DNA of 64,000 bases from an uncultured Chloroflexia bacterium (GCA_963833225.1 CAWHXD010000007.1:96001-160000); one strand, 5' to 3'. Shown: positions 45,243 through 56,416, counted from the stretch's first letter. Program-made: numbers and translations. The notes: generated by a model not told the origin, from the sequence alone.

Positions 45243-46026
45243 ATGTCGGCCACGGTCGCGCGCCTCAACGTCACCCCGGTCAAGGGCACCCGCCTTGCGC
45301 ACCCGGCCTCCGTGGAGCTGACGCCGGTGGGGATCGTCGGCAACCGGCGGTTCCACTTCGTCGATGCCCGCGGCGAGCTGGCGAGCTGCACCGATGTCGG
45401 GGCGCTCATGCGGCTCGGCTCGGATTGGGACTCCTGGCCGTGGCGAGATCGGGATCGTGTTCCCCGACGGCGTGCGGGTCGCGGGGTCGGCCGATCGCCT
45501 GGGCGCCGCACACGTCACGGATTTCGATGGCAAGCCGGTGCCCGGGCGGTTCGTGGACAGCCCGATCGACGAGGCCGTCTCCTCGTTCGCCGGTCGTCCG
45601 CTGCGCCTGGTCATGGCCGACAACGAGGGCGATGGGCCAGACGTGCACCGCCTGTCGCTGGTTGGCCTGGCGTCGGTGGCCGATCTCGGGGCGCGCCATG
45701 GCCGGCCGGACCTCGATCCCCGGCGCTTCCGGATGAACCTCGAGCTCGATGGACTGGCGCCGTTCGAGGAGGAGGGCTGGGCGGGCGGGCTCCTGCGCGT
45801 GGGTGGCGCCGTGGTCCGCGTCCTCGGCCAGGTCCCGCGCTGTGTGGCCACGACCCGCGACCCGGCCACCGGCGACAAGGACTTCGACACGCTCAAGCAC
45901 ATCGCCGCCTACCGCCCGCTGATGAGCGAGCCGCGCGGCGTCCCGTTCGGGATGTACGCGGAGGTCGAGGTCCCGGGGCGGGTTGCGCTGGGGGATGCGG
46001 TGGAGCGACTCGTCGCGGGGCAGTGA
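45243..46026 (+). CDS. MOSC domain protein (frameshift near 45430)
   Basis: LNVTPVKG, GIVGNRRF, RRFRMNL, FEEEGW, RCVATT, FGMYAEV..PGRVALGD. Confidence 0.85.
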
Positions 46027-46124
46027 TCCCTCGCTGATCGCCGACCGCGGCCGCCGCCAATTCGGCCCGCCTGCCATCCTGTGGGTTCACACCCCGATCC
46101 ACCTGCCACCTGAGGATGTGCACG

Positions 46125-47543
46125 ATGGCCTGGACCCTTGACCACTGGTATGACGGCGCCCACCAGGCGCCGATCTCGGGCCGCTACCTCGAGCGAACGA
46201 GCCCGGTGGACGGCACGCTCGTCTGCCGCCTGGCCGATGGTGGGCCCGACGACGTTGCGGCGGCGGTCGCCTCGGCCCAGCGGGCGCTCCGGGGCTGGCG
46301 CCGGACATCGGCCTCGGTCCGCGGCCGCCTGCTGATCGAGGTGGCACGACGGATCCGCGAGGCGGCCAATTCGCTGGTCGCGGAGGAGATCGCGGAGACC
46401 GGCAAGCCGCATGCGACGGCGTCGATGGATGTCGAGGTCGCGGCGCAGTACTTCGAGTTCTACGGCGAGGTCATCAACGCGGTCGGCGGCGAGACGATCG
46501 ACCTCGGCGCGGACTTCCACTCCTTCACTCGCAACGAGCCGTACGGGGTCATCGGGGTCATCACGCCCTGGAACGTGCCCATCAACCAGGCCGCCCGGGC
46601 CGTCGCCCCGGCGATCGCCGCGGGCAACACGGTCGTCCTCAAGCCCTCGTCGCTCACCTCGACGACCTCGATCCGGCTCGCGGAGCTGTGCCTGGCGGCC
46701 GGTCTCCCGGACGGCGTGTACAACGTGGTGCTCGGTGGCGGTGCCACCGCGGGTCCGGCCCTGGTCACGCACCCGGACGTGCGCAAGGTCGCGTTCACGG
46801 GCTCGGTCGCGGTCGGCAAGGAGCTTGCCCACCTCGCGGCGGACCGCCTCATCCCGTTGACCCTGGAACTCGGCGGCAAGAGCGCCAACGTCGTGTTCGC
46901 CGATGCCGACCTGGAGAAGGCGGCGCACTGGGCCACGGTGGCGTTCACCAGCAACGCGGGGCAGGTCTGCTCCTCGGGCACCCGCCTGCTGGTCCAGCGC
47001 GAGGTCCACGACGCGTTTGTGGCCATGGTCGCCGAGAAGGCGCGAGCCCACCGCCTCGGCGAGACCATGGGGCCCGTGATCAGCGAGGGCCAGCACCGGA
47101 CCGTCATCGAGTACCTCGAGATCGCCGAGCGCGAGGGCGCCGTCCCGGTCACGGGCGGCACCACGGCCGTGGCGGATCACCAGGACGACCTGTTCGTTCC
47201 GCCCACGATCTACACCGGTGTCACCAACGACATGCGGATCGCCCAGGAGGAGGTGTTCGGCCCCGTGCTCGCCGTCATTCCCTTCGACACCGAGGACGAG
47301 GCGGTCGAGATCGCGAACGACAGCCCGTACGGCCTGGTTGCCGGCGTCTGGACCCGCGACATCAGCCGTGCCCTGCGGGTCGCGGCCGAGATCGAGGCCG
47401 GCCAGGTCTACGTCAACTCCTGGTGGTCGGGCGGCGTCCAGACGCCGTTCGGCGGCACGAAGCTGTCGGGCTACGGTCGCGAGAAGGGCGTGGAATCGCT
47501 CAGGCACTACGCCCAGACCAAGTGCGTGACGGTCGCCCTGTAG
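46125..47543 (+). CDS. Aldehyde dehydrogenase
   Basis: ITPWNVP, LKPS, FTGS, LELGGKS, AGQVCS, EEVFGP, PFGG. Confidence 0.95.
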   Translation: MAWTLDHWYDGAHQAPISGRYLERTSPVDGTLVCRLADGGPDDVAAAVASAQRALRGWRRTSASVRGRLLIEVARRIREAANSLVAEEIAETGKPHATASMDVEVAAQYFEFYGEVINAVGGETIDLGADFHSFTRNEPYGVIGVITPWNVPINQAARAVAPAIAAGNTVVLKPSSLTSTTSIRLAELCLAAGLPDGVYNVVLGGGATAGPALVTHPDVRKVAFTGSVAVGKELAHLAADRLIPLTLELGGKSANVVFADADLEKAAHWATVAFTSNAGQVCSSGTRLLVQREVHDAFVAMVAEKARAHRLGETMGPVISEGQHRTVIEYLEIAEREGAVPVTGGTTAVADHQDDLFVPPTIYTGVTNDMRIAQEEVFGPVLAVIPFDTEDEAVEIANDSPYGLVAGVWTRDISRALRVAAEIEAGQVYVNSWWSGGVQTPFGGTKLSGYGREKGVESLRHYAQTKCVTVAL

Positions 47544-47561
47544 GGGCTACTGGCCAGTTGC

Positions 47562-47686
47562 CGCCCGACCGGATGCCGCGCCCGACCGGTTGCCGCGCCC
47601 GACCGGTTGCTGCGCCCGACCGGTTGCTGCGCCCGACCGGTTGCCGCGCCCGACCGGTTGCTGCGCCCGACCGGTTGCCGCGCCCG
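47562..47686. repeat. 17-bp tandem repeat, 7 copies plus partial
   Basis: cgcccgaccggttgcyg x7 between convergent genes. Confidence 0.9.
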
Positions 47687-47708
47687 CCGGACTCGCGGCT
47701 CGCCACCG

Positions 47709-48467
47709 CTACCCCGGCAGGTAGGTCCGCCAGGCGAGCGCGCCGGCCACCGCGATCCCACCCATCGCGACCCCGACGCGGAGCACCGGCCCCGGGACCC
47801 GGCGCGCGATCGCCGGTCCGATGAGCCCGCCGGTGAGCATCCCGGCCGCGAGCGGCAGGACGGCCGCCCAGCGCACCGGGCCCAGGAGCACGAAGGTGAC
47901 GGCTGCCGCGCCGTTGGCAAAGGCCGTCAGCAGGTTCTTGGCCGCGTTCACGTCGTGGTACGGGCGGTCGATGATGGCCGACAGCGCCGCGAACGCGAGC
48001 ACGCCACCGGCCGCCCCGAAGTAGCCCGTGTACACGGCCGTGGCGCCATAGGCGGCGACCGGACCGCGTCGAAGGCCGACGGGCCGGAAGCGCGGCCGCT
48101 GCTGGAGTCGGGGGCCGGCCAGGACCAGCAGCGAGGCGCCGGCGATCAGGATGGGCGCGACGAGCTCGAACGTTCGAGCCGGCAGCACCAGGAGCAGCCC
48201 CGCCCCGGCGATCCCGCCGAGGACCGACATCACGGCCAGCCGGAGCATCATCGGCCGCAGGCCCGCCAGCTCGGGACGGGAGCCGGCCCCGGCTCCGATG
48301 CCCAGCATCACCATCGACACGGTGTTGGTGACGTTGGCGGTGACCGGCGGCAGGCCGACCGCGAGGAGCGCCGGGTAGGACACCAGCGACGCCAGGCTGA
48401 CCAGCACGCTCACGATGCCCGATGCCACGCCCGCCGCGAACAGGAGCAGCAGCGCGTCAGGGGCCAT
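47709..48467 (-). CDS. TauE/SafE sulfite exporter family membrane protein
   Basis: SLVSYPALLAVGLPPVTANVTN, YTGYFGAAGG, NAAKN. Confidence 0.9.
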   Translation of the reverse strand: MAPDALLLLFAAGVASGIVSVLVSLASLVSYPALLAVGLPPVTANVTNTVSMVMLGIGAGAGSRPELAGLRPMMLRLAVMSVLGGIAGAGLLLVLPARTFELVAPILIAGASLLVLAGPRLQQRPRFRPVGLRRGPVAAYGATAVYTGYFGAAGGVLAFAALSAIIDRPYHDVNAAKNLLTAFANGAAAVTFVLLGPVRWAAVLPLAAGMLTGGLIGPAIARRVPGPVLRVGVAMGGIAVAGALAWRTYLPG

Positions 48468-48536
48468 GCGGCGATGGTAGCAACGGGAGCCGCCGGTCCA
48501 GCTGTCCGGTTCGCGGCCCGGTCGCCGTTGCGGCAG

Positions 48537-48650
48537 CTGGCCACCCGCACGCTTGCCCAGCAACCGGGCACTGATCCAGCAACGCAGCGGCACTGGCCAC
48601 CCGCATGCTTGCCCCAGATATCACCTGGAGCTGATCCAGCAACGCAGCGG
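48537..48650. repeat. Imperfect tandem duplication of about 58 bp, intergenic
   Basis: ctggccacccgcaYgcttgccc...ctgatccagcaacgcagcgg twice; the 20-mer core is exact at 48571 and 48631. Confidence 0.75.
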
Positions 48651-48929
48651 CGCCGATCGGCGACGGTTGCATCACTCCCGGGCGATATCCAGTGTGGCTT
48701 GGAGAGGGTCGGCCGTTGGTGGATCGGCCATAGGCGATAGCTGGTGCCTTCAGAGCCGTGCCGTCGGCATCCATCTCGACCGGCCGACCCCAGGAGTCGC
48801 GGCCCTCCGCTCGATGTCTCGGGCCGCCGCGTCCATACCCCGCCGTGCCGCCCCGTCCGCCGTCCGCCTACAATGCCCGCCAGAGGCGTCCCACCTGCCA
48901 TCCCGCCCCCGGACGAAAGGCCCCCCTCC

Positions 48930-49271
48930 GTGACCGAGATCAACCCAGAGGACGTCAAGGACGGCCTGGACAACTACCCCGTCGGCTTCATGCAGCACCT
49001 GATCGACAACGGCGAGGGCTGGAAGGTCCAGAGCGACCTCGCCCGGGCGATCATGCTCGCGCTCGAGGACGGGACGTGCGTGCTCGGCCCCGTGGCCCAC
49101 CGTGACTACAACAACCACGTGGTCCCGGCCCGGTCCGAGGTCGAACCCGGCGCCAAGGGCAGCCTCGCCTATGCCAACAAGCTGCGGGCCCAGCGCGGCG
49201 CTCCGCTCCTGGTGGAGCTGGCGGACGGGACGATCGCCGAGGCCTCCGGCAGCGCCGGCGGCGGCTTCTGA
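48930..49271 (+). CDS. Hypothetical protein
   Basis: Strong GC3 bias; MQHLIDNGEGW..G.CVLG..RDY..VPAR..V.PGAKGS. Confidence 0.65.
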   Translation: MTEINPEDVKDGLDNYPVGFMQHLIDNGEGWKVQSDLARAIMLALEDGTCVLGPVAHRDYNNHVVPARSEVEPGAKGSLAYANKLRAQRGAPLLVELADGTIAEASGSAGGGF

Positions 49272-49281
49272 GGCCGGCCCG

Positions 49282-49555
49282 ATGGCGCGCTTCAGGGTCA
49301 TGACCTGGAAGGGCATTCCCGCGCAGGTGCGGGCCGATGACGAGACGGGGGCCCGCGTGAACCGCGAGCTGCCGGGCTGGTTCGCCCAGGAGATCGACCG
49401 CGTGGCCATGCGCGACGGGCTTGCCGGCACCGACGAGTACACGGGGCTGTGGTCCTGGTCCAAGCCCGAGACCCGCGAGGGGACGGCCGAACGAGGTCGT
49501 CACCGCGGTCATCCGCGAGCTGTGTGACGCCTGGGGGCAGCCACCGGAAGACTGA
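49282..49555 (+). CDS. Virulence_fact (PF13769-like) small protein (3' frameshift)
   Basis: W.GIPAQV..LP.WF..IDR.AM..G..GTDEY..W signature. Confidence 0.8.
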
Positions 49556-49587
49556 GGCCGCCCGGAGCTCCGGCCTCGCGACCCTGG

Positions 49588-50718
49588 TCAGTCGCCCAGG
49601 CAGGTCCCCACGTTGCGGGCGGTCGCGACCAGCGGGTGATCCAGCGGCACGAGCTTGAGCTGCCCGGCCACGTGCTCGAGGGGAACCGTGCGGGTGCGAT
49701 CACCCTCGCTGGCCACCATCACGCCGAACGTGCCCTCGGCGACCAGGTCGGCGCCGGCGTTGCCCAGCCGCGCGGCCAGGACCCGGTCCATCGCCGCCGG
49801 CGTGCCGCCGCGCTGGACGTAGCCCAGGATCGAGACACGGGACTCGAGACCGGTGAGCGCCTCGAGCTGGTGCGCGAGACGCAGCGAGTGCCCCGTGTGG
49901 TCCGCGTCGAACGCGGCGATCTCGGCGTCGGCCACGGCGCGCTCCGGCGTGCCGGACGAGGTGGCCTTCCGCCGCGAGACCATGCCCGTGTACCGGAGGT
50001 TGGTCTCGACGTCCTGGGCGCCCTCCGCCACGGCGATGATCGAGAAGTTGGTGCCCGACTCGGTGCGACGCCGGATGGCGCCGACCACGCTCTCGATGCG
50101 GTACGGGATCTCCGGAATGAGAACGACGTCGGCGCCGCCCGCGATGCCGGCCGCGAGCGTGAGCCAGCCGGCTCGGTGGCCCATGACCTCGGCCAGGATG
50201 ATGCGGTGGTGGCTGTGCGCGGTGCTGTGGAGCCGGTCGATGGCGTCGGTGGCGATCCCCAGCGAGGTGGCGAAGCCGATGGTGGCGTCGGTCTCGGCGA
50301 CGTCGTTGTCGATGGTCTTGGGCAGGACCACGATGTTCAGCCCGGCCTTGACCAGGCGCAGGCTGTTCTTGGCGGTGCCGTTGCCGCCGATGCACACCAG
50401 GCCGTCCAGCCGGTGGCGCTTGTAGGTCCGGACGATGGCCTCGGTCATGTCCACGGTCTCACCGTCGACCGGCATCCGGTGGGGCTTGTCGCGGCTCGTG
50501 CCCAGGATGGTGCCGCCGACGGTGAGGATGCCGGCGAGCGTGCTGGGATCGAGCTCGATGAAGCGATCCTCGGCAAGGCCTCGGAAGCCGTCGCGGAACC
50601 CGAACAGCTTCATGCCATGGTGGCCGATGGCGGCCTTGCCGAAGCCGCGGATGGCGGCGTTGAGCCCCGGGCTGTCGCCCCCTGCGGTGAGAATCCCGAC
50701 TCGCTTCGCTCGGGCCAC
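49588..50718 (-). CDS. 6-phosphofructokinase (PfkA family, mixed-substrate group)
   Basis: [51 protein letters not shown]. Confidence 0.95.
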   Translation of the reverse strand: MARAKRVGILTAGGDSPGLNAAIRGFGKAAIGHHGMKLFGFRDGFRGLAEDRFIELDPSTLAGILTVGGTILGTSRDKPHRMPVDGETVDMTEAIVRTYKRHRLDGLVCIGGNGTAKNSLRLVKAGLNIVVLPKTIDNDVAETDATIGFATSLGIATDAIDRLHSTAHSHHRIILAEVMGHRAGWLTLAAGIAGGADVVLIPEIPYRIESVVGAIRRRTESGTNFSIIAVAEGAQDVETNLRYTGMVSRRKATSSGTPERAVADAEIAAFDADHTGHSLRLAHQLEALTGLESRVSILGYVQRGGTPAAMDRVLAARLGNAGADLVAEGTFGVMVASEGDRTRTVPLEHVAGQLKLVPLDHPLVATARNVGTCLGD

Positions 50719-50900
50719 GCGCGTCCTCCGTCCCTGCCGGCTGCCGCTGCGGAGCCGTCCGCGGCGCGCCGTGCACGGGTGATTATCCGCCCCGGGCCCT
50801 CGCCGGGGCACGCGACATGCCCCGAGCGCGATACGGTGACCGTGCACGGCAAGCTGCGACGGAACCGCCATCGCCTCCTGCGGTGCGCCTGGAGAATTCC

Positions 50901-51944
50901 GTGACCTATCTGCCAGCCCCCACCCGCTACGACTCGATGGTCTATCGCCCGTGCGGGCGTAGCGGCCTCCAGCTGCCAGTCCTCTCGCTCGGCCTGTGGC
51001 ACAACTTCGGCGACACCACCCCGGTCGAAACCCAGAAGGCGATCGTGCGGACCGCGTTCGATGCGGGCATCACCCACATGGACCTGGCCAACAACTACGG
51101 CCCGCCGTATGGCTCGGCGGAGGTCAACTTCGGCCGGATCCTGCGCGAGGACCTCGCCGCTCACCGCGACGAGCTGATCATCTCGAGCAAGGCGGGCTGG
51201 GACATGTGGCCAGGCCCGTACGGTCAGGGCGGCGGTTCGCGCAAGTACATCCTGGCCAGCCTCGACCAGAGCCTGCGGCGGGTCGGGGTGGAGTACTTCG
51301 ACATCTTCTACTCGCACCGCTTCGACCCGGACACGCCCCTCGAGGAGACGATGGGGGCGCTCGCCCACGCCGTCCGCCAGGGCAAGGCGCTGTACGTCGG
51401 CATCTCGTCCTACTCGGCTGGCAAGACGCGTGAGGCGGCTGCGCTGCTGGCGGCAGAGGGCGTCCCGCTGCTCATCCACCAGCCCAGCTACAACCTGTTC
51501 AACCGGTGGGTGGAGGCTGAGCTCGTCGACACGCTCGGTGAGCTCGGGACGGGGATGATCGCGTTCACCGCGCTCGCCCAGGGCCTGCTCACGGACAAGT
51601 ACCTCGACGGGATCCCCGCCAACGCGCGCGTCAACCGACCCGGCGGCGATTCCTTCCCGAAGGAGGCGCTCTCGGAGGCGAACCTGGCACGCGTCCGAGC
51701 GCTCAACGAGATCGCCAGGGGCCGCGGCCAGACGCTTGCGCAGATGGCCTACGCCTGGGTCCTTCGGGACCCGCGGGTCACGACCACGCTGATGGGCGCC
51801 AGCTCGCCGGAGCAGGTCCGCGAGAACCTGGCCGTCGTCTCGCGGCTGGACTTCACGCGCGATGAGCTGGCGGCGATCGACCGCCACGCGGTCGAGGGTG
51901 GCGTGAACCGGTGGGTGAAGCCGAGCACCGACCAGCGCGCCTGA
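50901..51944 (+). CDS. Aldo/keto reductase, L-glyceraldehyde-3-phosphate reductase (YghZ/MgrA-like)
   Basis: [50 protein letters not shown]. Confidence 0.92.
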   Translation: MTYLPAPTRYDSMVYRPCGRSGLQLPVLSLGLWHNFGDTTPVETQKAIVRTAFDAGITHMDLANNYGPPYGSAEVNFGRILREDLAAHRDELIISSKAGWDMWPGPYGQGGGSRKYILASLDQSLRRVGVEYFDIFYSHRFDPDTPLEETMGALAHAVRQGKALYVGISSYSAGKTREAAALLAAEGVPLLIHQPSYNLFNRWVEAELVDTLGELGTGMIAFTALAQGLLTDKYLDGIPANARVNRPGGDSFPKEALSEANLARVRALNEIARGRGQTLAQMAYAWVLRDPRVTTTLMGASSPEQVRENLAVVSRLDFTRDELAAIDRHAVEGGVNRWVKPSTDQRA

Positions 51945-52111
51945 GCGCCCGCTGGGCGGGAGGCGTCTCGCGGTCGGTGCCCGGGCCGCACCCGGCGTAA
52001 CCCGACCGAAAGGAAGGCACGGGCAGGATCGCGCCCAAACAGCATCCTGCTTCGGGTCAGGCCGCGCAGCGCCTCCGGCCAGACCCCGAGCCAACCTGGA
52101 GCGCGCGCCAC

Positions 52112-53747
52112 ATGAACCTCAAGGCCCTCGCGGCCGTCGGCCTGCTGGCCGTCGGCGTGGGCGCGATCGGCGTCACCGTCATCGGCATCGGGGGTGGGAC
52201 CGACACGTCGGTGACCTACCGCACGCAGCAGGCGACAACGGCCACCGTGCAGCAGACCGCCGTGGCCAGCGGCAGCCTCGCCGCCGCCACGGTGTACGAC
52301 CTCGCGTTCGGGACGACGCCCGTCGCCAGGGACGGGACATCGTCAGCGACCACCGCCACCTCCTCCGCCTCCTCCTCCTCGTCCGCAGCATCCTCCGCCA
52401 ACGGCACCTCCGGCACTCGTGACCGTCACCTGGCCGGTGACCGCCGTCAACGTCGAGGTGGGGGACCTCGTCACGGCCGGCGACGTGCTCGCGACCGCCG
52501 ACCCCGCGACCGCCGAGCTGGCCGTCCGCCAGGCCGAGGCGAACCTCGCCGCCGCGAAGACGCAGCGCCGGCTCGACCTCAAGGGCGGCACGGCCCTGTC
52601 CCGGGCCTCGGCCAAGGACCAGGTGACCTCGGCCAAGGCCCAGGTGTCCAACGCGCAGTCGTCCTACAGCTCCACCGTCGCCCAGAACACCCTCAAGCTC
52701 AAGCAGGCCCGCCAGGCGGTCAGCGACGCGGAGCAGAAGCTCGCGGACGACAAGGCCGCGGGCGCCCCGTCGGCCACCCGCGACCAGGACCGCTCGGCGA
52801 TCCGGACGGCCAAGCAGAACCTCGAGTCGACGAAGCTCCAGGTGGCGGCCGGCAACCGCTCGGCCTCGAACCAGGTCACGAGCGCCAAGCAGTCGCTCAA
52901 GAGCGCCAAGCGCACCTACAGCTCGGCGACCTCCGCCGCCGACGACGCCACGATCGTGGCCGACGACGTCGCCATCGCCGAGGCCGAGCAGTCGGTCACC
53001 GACGCCCGGGCGGCCCTCGCCGCCGCCACCCTGACCGCGCCCATCGACGGCCGGATCACCGCGGTCAACGTCGCCGTGGGCGACGAGGCGAACGGCACGG
53101 CGGTCGTCCTCCAGTCGACCCGGCTCGCGGTCTCGCTCTCGGTCACCGAGGACGACATCCTGAGCATCGCGGTCGGCCAGGCGGCCACCGTGGCGATCAG
53201 CGCGACCGGGGCGACGGCGACCGGCACCGTGACGTCGATCGACCCGGTCGCCGCCACGTCGGGCAGCTCGAGCGTGGTCAACTACACCGTGGTCGTCACC
53301 CTCGACGACCCGACGACGGGGTCGCCGGCCGCGGGCACGGACGGCGCCACCGCCTCGGCGACGGCCACTCCCGCCGCGGCCGCGATCCCGACCACCACCA
53401 TCCCGCTCGCGGGCATGTCCGCCGAGGTCACGGTCGTCATCGCGCAGGCCAAGAACGCGGTCGCCGTGCCGTCCATCGCCCTGTCGGGCACCGCGGGCAA
53501 CTACACCGTCCGGGTCCTCGCGGCCGACGGCTCGGTGGAGACCCGCAGCGTCGAGGTCGGGCTCATCGCCTCCGACTATGCGCAGATCACCAGCGGGATC
53601 ACGCCCGGGGATGCGGTGATCACCGGCAGCTCCGCGGACCGGACCACGACTACCACGACCACGACGAGCGGCCGCGGCGGCTTCGGCGGTCTGGACGGCG
53701 GCGGCTTCCAGCCGCCCGCCGGTGGCTTCCCGAGGAACGGGGAATGA
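52112..53747 (+). CDS. Efflux periplasmic adaptor/HlyD-family subunit (frameshift near 52415)
   Basis: N-terminal TM; VTAVNVEVGDLVTAGDVLA, coiled coil, TLTAPIDGRITAVN, GMSAEVTV. Confidence 0.85.
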
Positions 53748-54418
53748 GCCGCCGGATCATCGACCTCACCGATGCCACCCGCACCTATGACCTGGGACGG
53801 GTGCAGGTCCACGCCCTCGCGGGGGCCAGCCTGACCGTGGACGAGGGCGAGTTCGTCGCGATCATCGGCCCGTCGGGCTCGGGCAAGTCCACGCTGATGA
53901 ACATCCTGGGCTGCCTCGACCGGCCGACCAGCGGCACGTACGTGCTCGACGGGACCCCGGTGGAAGAGCTCGACGACGACGGCCTCGCGTTCGTGCGCAG
54001 CCGGATGATCGGGTTCGTATTCCAGAGCTACAACCTGCTGCCGCGGACGGCCGCTCTCGAGAACGTGGCCACGCCGCTGCTGTACCAGGGAGTGCCCAAG
54101 CGCGAGCGGCTCGCGCGGGCGAGGGCCGCCCTCGAGCGGATGGGTCTCGGGGACCGGCTCGACCACGAGCCCTCCGAGCTCTCCGGTGGCCAGCAGCAGC
54201 GGGTCGCGATCGCCCGGGCCCTGGTCACCGAGCCCCGCCTGATCCTCGCCGACGAGCCCACCGGCAACCTCGACAGCCATACCGGCGAGGAGGTCCTGGG
54301 ACTGTTCCACGAGCTCAACGACACGGGCGTCACGATCGTGCTCATCACCCACGACGCCGATGTCGCGGTGCGGGCCACCCGCCAGGTCCACGTGCTCGAC
54401 GGCAGGATCGCGGCATGA
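53744..54418 (+). CDS. ABC transporter ATP-binding protein (MacB/LolD type)
   Basis: GPSGSGKST, LSGGQQQRVAIARAL, ADEPTGNLD. Confidence 0.95.
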   Translation: MSRRIIDLTDATRTYDLGRVQVHALAGASLTVDEGEFVAIIGPSGSGKSTLMNILGCLDRPTSGTYVLDGTPVEELDDDGLAFVRSRMIGFVFQSYNLLPRTAALENVATPLLYQGVPKRERLARARAALERMGLGDRLDHEPSELSGGQQQRVAIARALVTEPRLILADEPTGNLDSHTGEEVLGLFHELNDTGVTIVLITHDADVAVRATRQVHVLDGRIAA

Positions 54419-55632
54419 GCCTCGCCGAGCTCGCCCGGCTCGCGGTCTCGCGCCTGGGCACCAGCCGGGTCCGGTCCGCGCTGACGATGCTGGGCATCAT
54501 CATCGGGGTCGCCTCGGTGGTGGCGCTGGTCTCGGTCGGCCAGGGGGCCTCGACCGGGATCACGGACCGGATCACGAGCCTGGGCACCAACCTGCTCACG
54601 ATCAATGCCGGGGCGTCGGTCAGCGGCGGCACCCGCGGTGCCGCGGGCTCCGCGACCACCCTCACGCTCGCGGACGCCAGCGCCGTCGCGGCCGTCGCGG
54701 GGGTCGCGGCCATCTCGCCCGAGCTGTCCACCTCGGCGTTCGTGGTCGCGGGCGATCTCAACACGACGACCACGATCCTGGGCACCACCGAGGCCTACCC
54801 GACCGTCCGCGCGTTCGACATCTGGCAGGGCCGCTTCCTGACCGACACCGCCGTGGAGCAGCAGCTGCGGGTGGCCGTGCTGGGCTCCACCACCGCCGAC
54901 GACCTGGGCCTGGGCGCGGGCGACATCGGGTCCACGATCACGATCGGCGGCATCCCGTTCGAGGTCGTGGGCATCCTCCAGGCCAAGGGCGGCACCAGCT
55001 TCACCTCCGGTGACGACCAGGTGCTCATCCCGATCAGCACCCTCAAGCGCTACTTCACCGGCTCCTCGTCCTCGGGGGTCCGCTCGATCGGGGTCAGCGT
55101 CACCACCGCGGACACGATGTCCGCCGTCAAGGCCGACATCACCACCCTGCTCGAGGAGCGCCACAACATCGCCGCCGGGGCGAGCGACGACTTCAGCGTC
55201 GCCGACCAGACCCAGCTGCTCTCGACTGCGACCTCGGTGTTCGACCTGCTCACCGTGCTGCTCGCGGGCGTGGCGTCCATCAGCCTCGTGGTGGGCGGCA
55301 TCGGGATCATGAACATCATGCTGGTCTCGGTCCGGGAGCGGACCCGGGAGATCGGCATCCGCAAGGCGCTCGGTGCCCGCAACCGCGACATCCTCCTGCA
55401 GTTCCTGGTCGAGGCGCTGGTGCTCTCGCTGCTGGGCGGGCTGATCGGGATCGCGATCGGTGTCGCCGCGTCGGTCGTGATCGGCGCCCTCGCCGGCTGG
55501 GGGTTCGCGTTCAACCCCGTCACCGTCATCGTCGCGACCGCGTTCAGCCTGGTCGTCGGCGTCATCTTCGGCGTCTGGCCCGCGCGGCAGGCCGCCCGCC
55601 TCAACCCCATCGCCGCGCTTCGCTTCGAGTAG
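54415..55632 (+). CDS. ABC transporter permease (MacB/FtsX type)
   Basis: RSALTMLGIIIG, GGIGIMNIMLVSVRERTREIGIRKALGA, PIAALRFE. Confidence 0.95.
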   Translation: MSLAELARLAVSRLGTSRVRSALTMLGIIIGVASVVALVSVGQGASTGITDRITSLGTNLLTINAGASVSGGTRGAAGSATTLTLADASAVAAVAGVAAISPELSTSAFVVAGDLNTTTTILGTTEAYPTVRAFDIWQGRFLTDTAVEQQLRVAVLGSTTADDLGLGAGDIGSTITIGGIPFEVVGILQAKGGTSFTSGDDQVLIPISTLKRYFTGSSSSGVRSIGVSVTTADTMSAVKADITTLLEERHNIAAGASDDFSVADQTQLLSTATSVFDLLTVLLAGVASISLVVGGIGIMNIMLVSVRERTREIGIRKALGARNRDILLQFLVEALVLSLLGGLIGIAIGVAASVVIGALAGWGFAFNPVTVIVATAFSLVVGVIFGVWPARQAARLNPIAALRFE

Positions 55633-55644
55633 GAGACCCTTCCG

Positions 55645-56319
55645 ATGACCGACCCCATGACCTCGTGGGCGCAGCCCGAAGACGGCGCGCCCACGCCCGC
55701 CAACCCGCCCGCCGCCCCTGCACCCGCCGCGCCCGGGCCTGGGACCGCACCCGCCGCACCCACATCGGCGGGCACGCCACCGGCCCCGCTTGCCAAGCCA
55801 CCCGCCAAGGGGAGCGGCCGGGCCACGAACATCCTGCTCGCCGTTGCGGCGCTGGTGGCCGTGGCCGGGCTCGCCTTCGCCGGGGGCCGCGTCACGGCAC
55901 CGGCAGCTGCCAGTGGCTTTCCAGGAGCGCGGGGTGCGTTCCCGGCGGGCAGCTTCGACCCGAACCAGGAGTTCCCGGCGGGCAGCTTCGATCCGAACCG
56001 GGCGGGCCAGGCCGGAGGCTTCGGCCAGGGCGGCCTGGGTGGTGACCGCGCCCTCACCATCGCCGGGACTGTCAAGAGCCTCGACGGGTCCACCCTCGTG
56101 CTCACGGCCGCCGACGGCACGGAGGTCACGATCGACGTCTCGGGATCGACCTATCACGCGGAATCCGCGGCGAGCGCGTCAGACGTGACCTCGGGAAGCA
56201 GCGTGTCGGTCACGGTGACCGGCTTCGGCGGGTTCCGTGGCCCGAACGCCAGCGCGGATCCGAACGGCGGTAGTACGGCGCCCATCCAGGCGTCCGACGT
56301 GATCATCACCGGGAACTAG
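55645..56319 (+). CDS. Membrane-anchored hypothetical protein of the ABC operon
   Basis: Pro-rich N-terminus, single TM, duplicated FPAGSFDPN, OB-like C-terminus GTVKSLDGSTLVL. Confidence 0.65.
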   Translation: MTDPMTSWAQPEDGAPTPANPPAAPAPAAPGPGTAPAAPTSAGTPPAPLAKPPAKGSGRATNILLAVAALVAVAGLAFAGGRVTAPAAASGFPGARGAFPAGSFDPNQEFPAGSFDPNRAGQAGGFGQGGLGGDRALTIAGTVKSLDGSTLVLTAADGTEVTIDVSGSTYHAESAASASDVTSGSSVSVTVTGFGGFRGPNASADPNGGSTAPIQASDVIITGN

Positions 56320-56331
56320 CGGCCGTCCATC

Positions 56332-56362
56332 GCAGGGCCGGGAGCCCCTCTTCCGGCCCTGC
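56332..56362 (+). terminator. Hairpin after ABC operon
   Basis: gcagggccgg...ccggccctgc inverted repeat. Confidence 0.5.
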
Positions 56363-56416
56363 GGCTCGTCGCCCGACGCACGTGGCCGCGTCCGGGCAGC
56401 GGTCGTCCGTGGCACC

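Noticed and set aside
47562-48650. CRISPR array
   Set aside because: The repeats are directly tandem or only two copies, with no unique spacers and no cas genes.
51970-52110. c-di-GMP-I riboswitch-like pieces (ccgaaagg; gcctccggcc) upstream of the ABC exporter
   Set aside because: The GGCAAA and GACGCAAAG core and the spacing do not match; insufficient without a cmscan.
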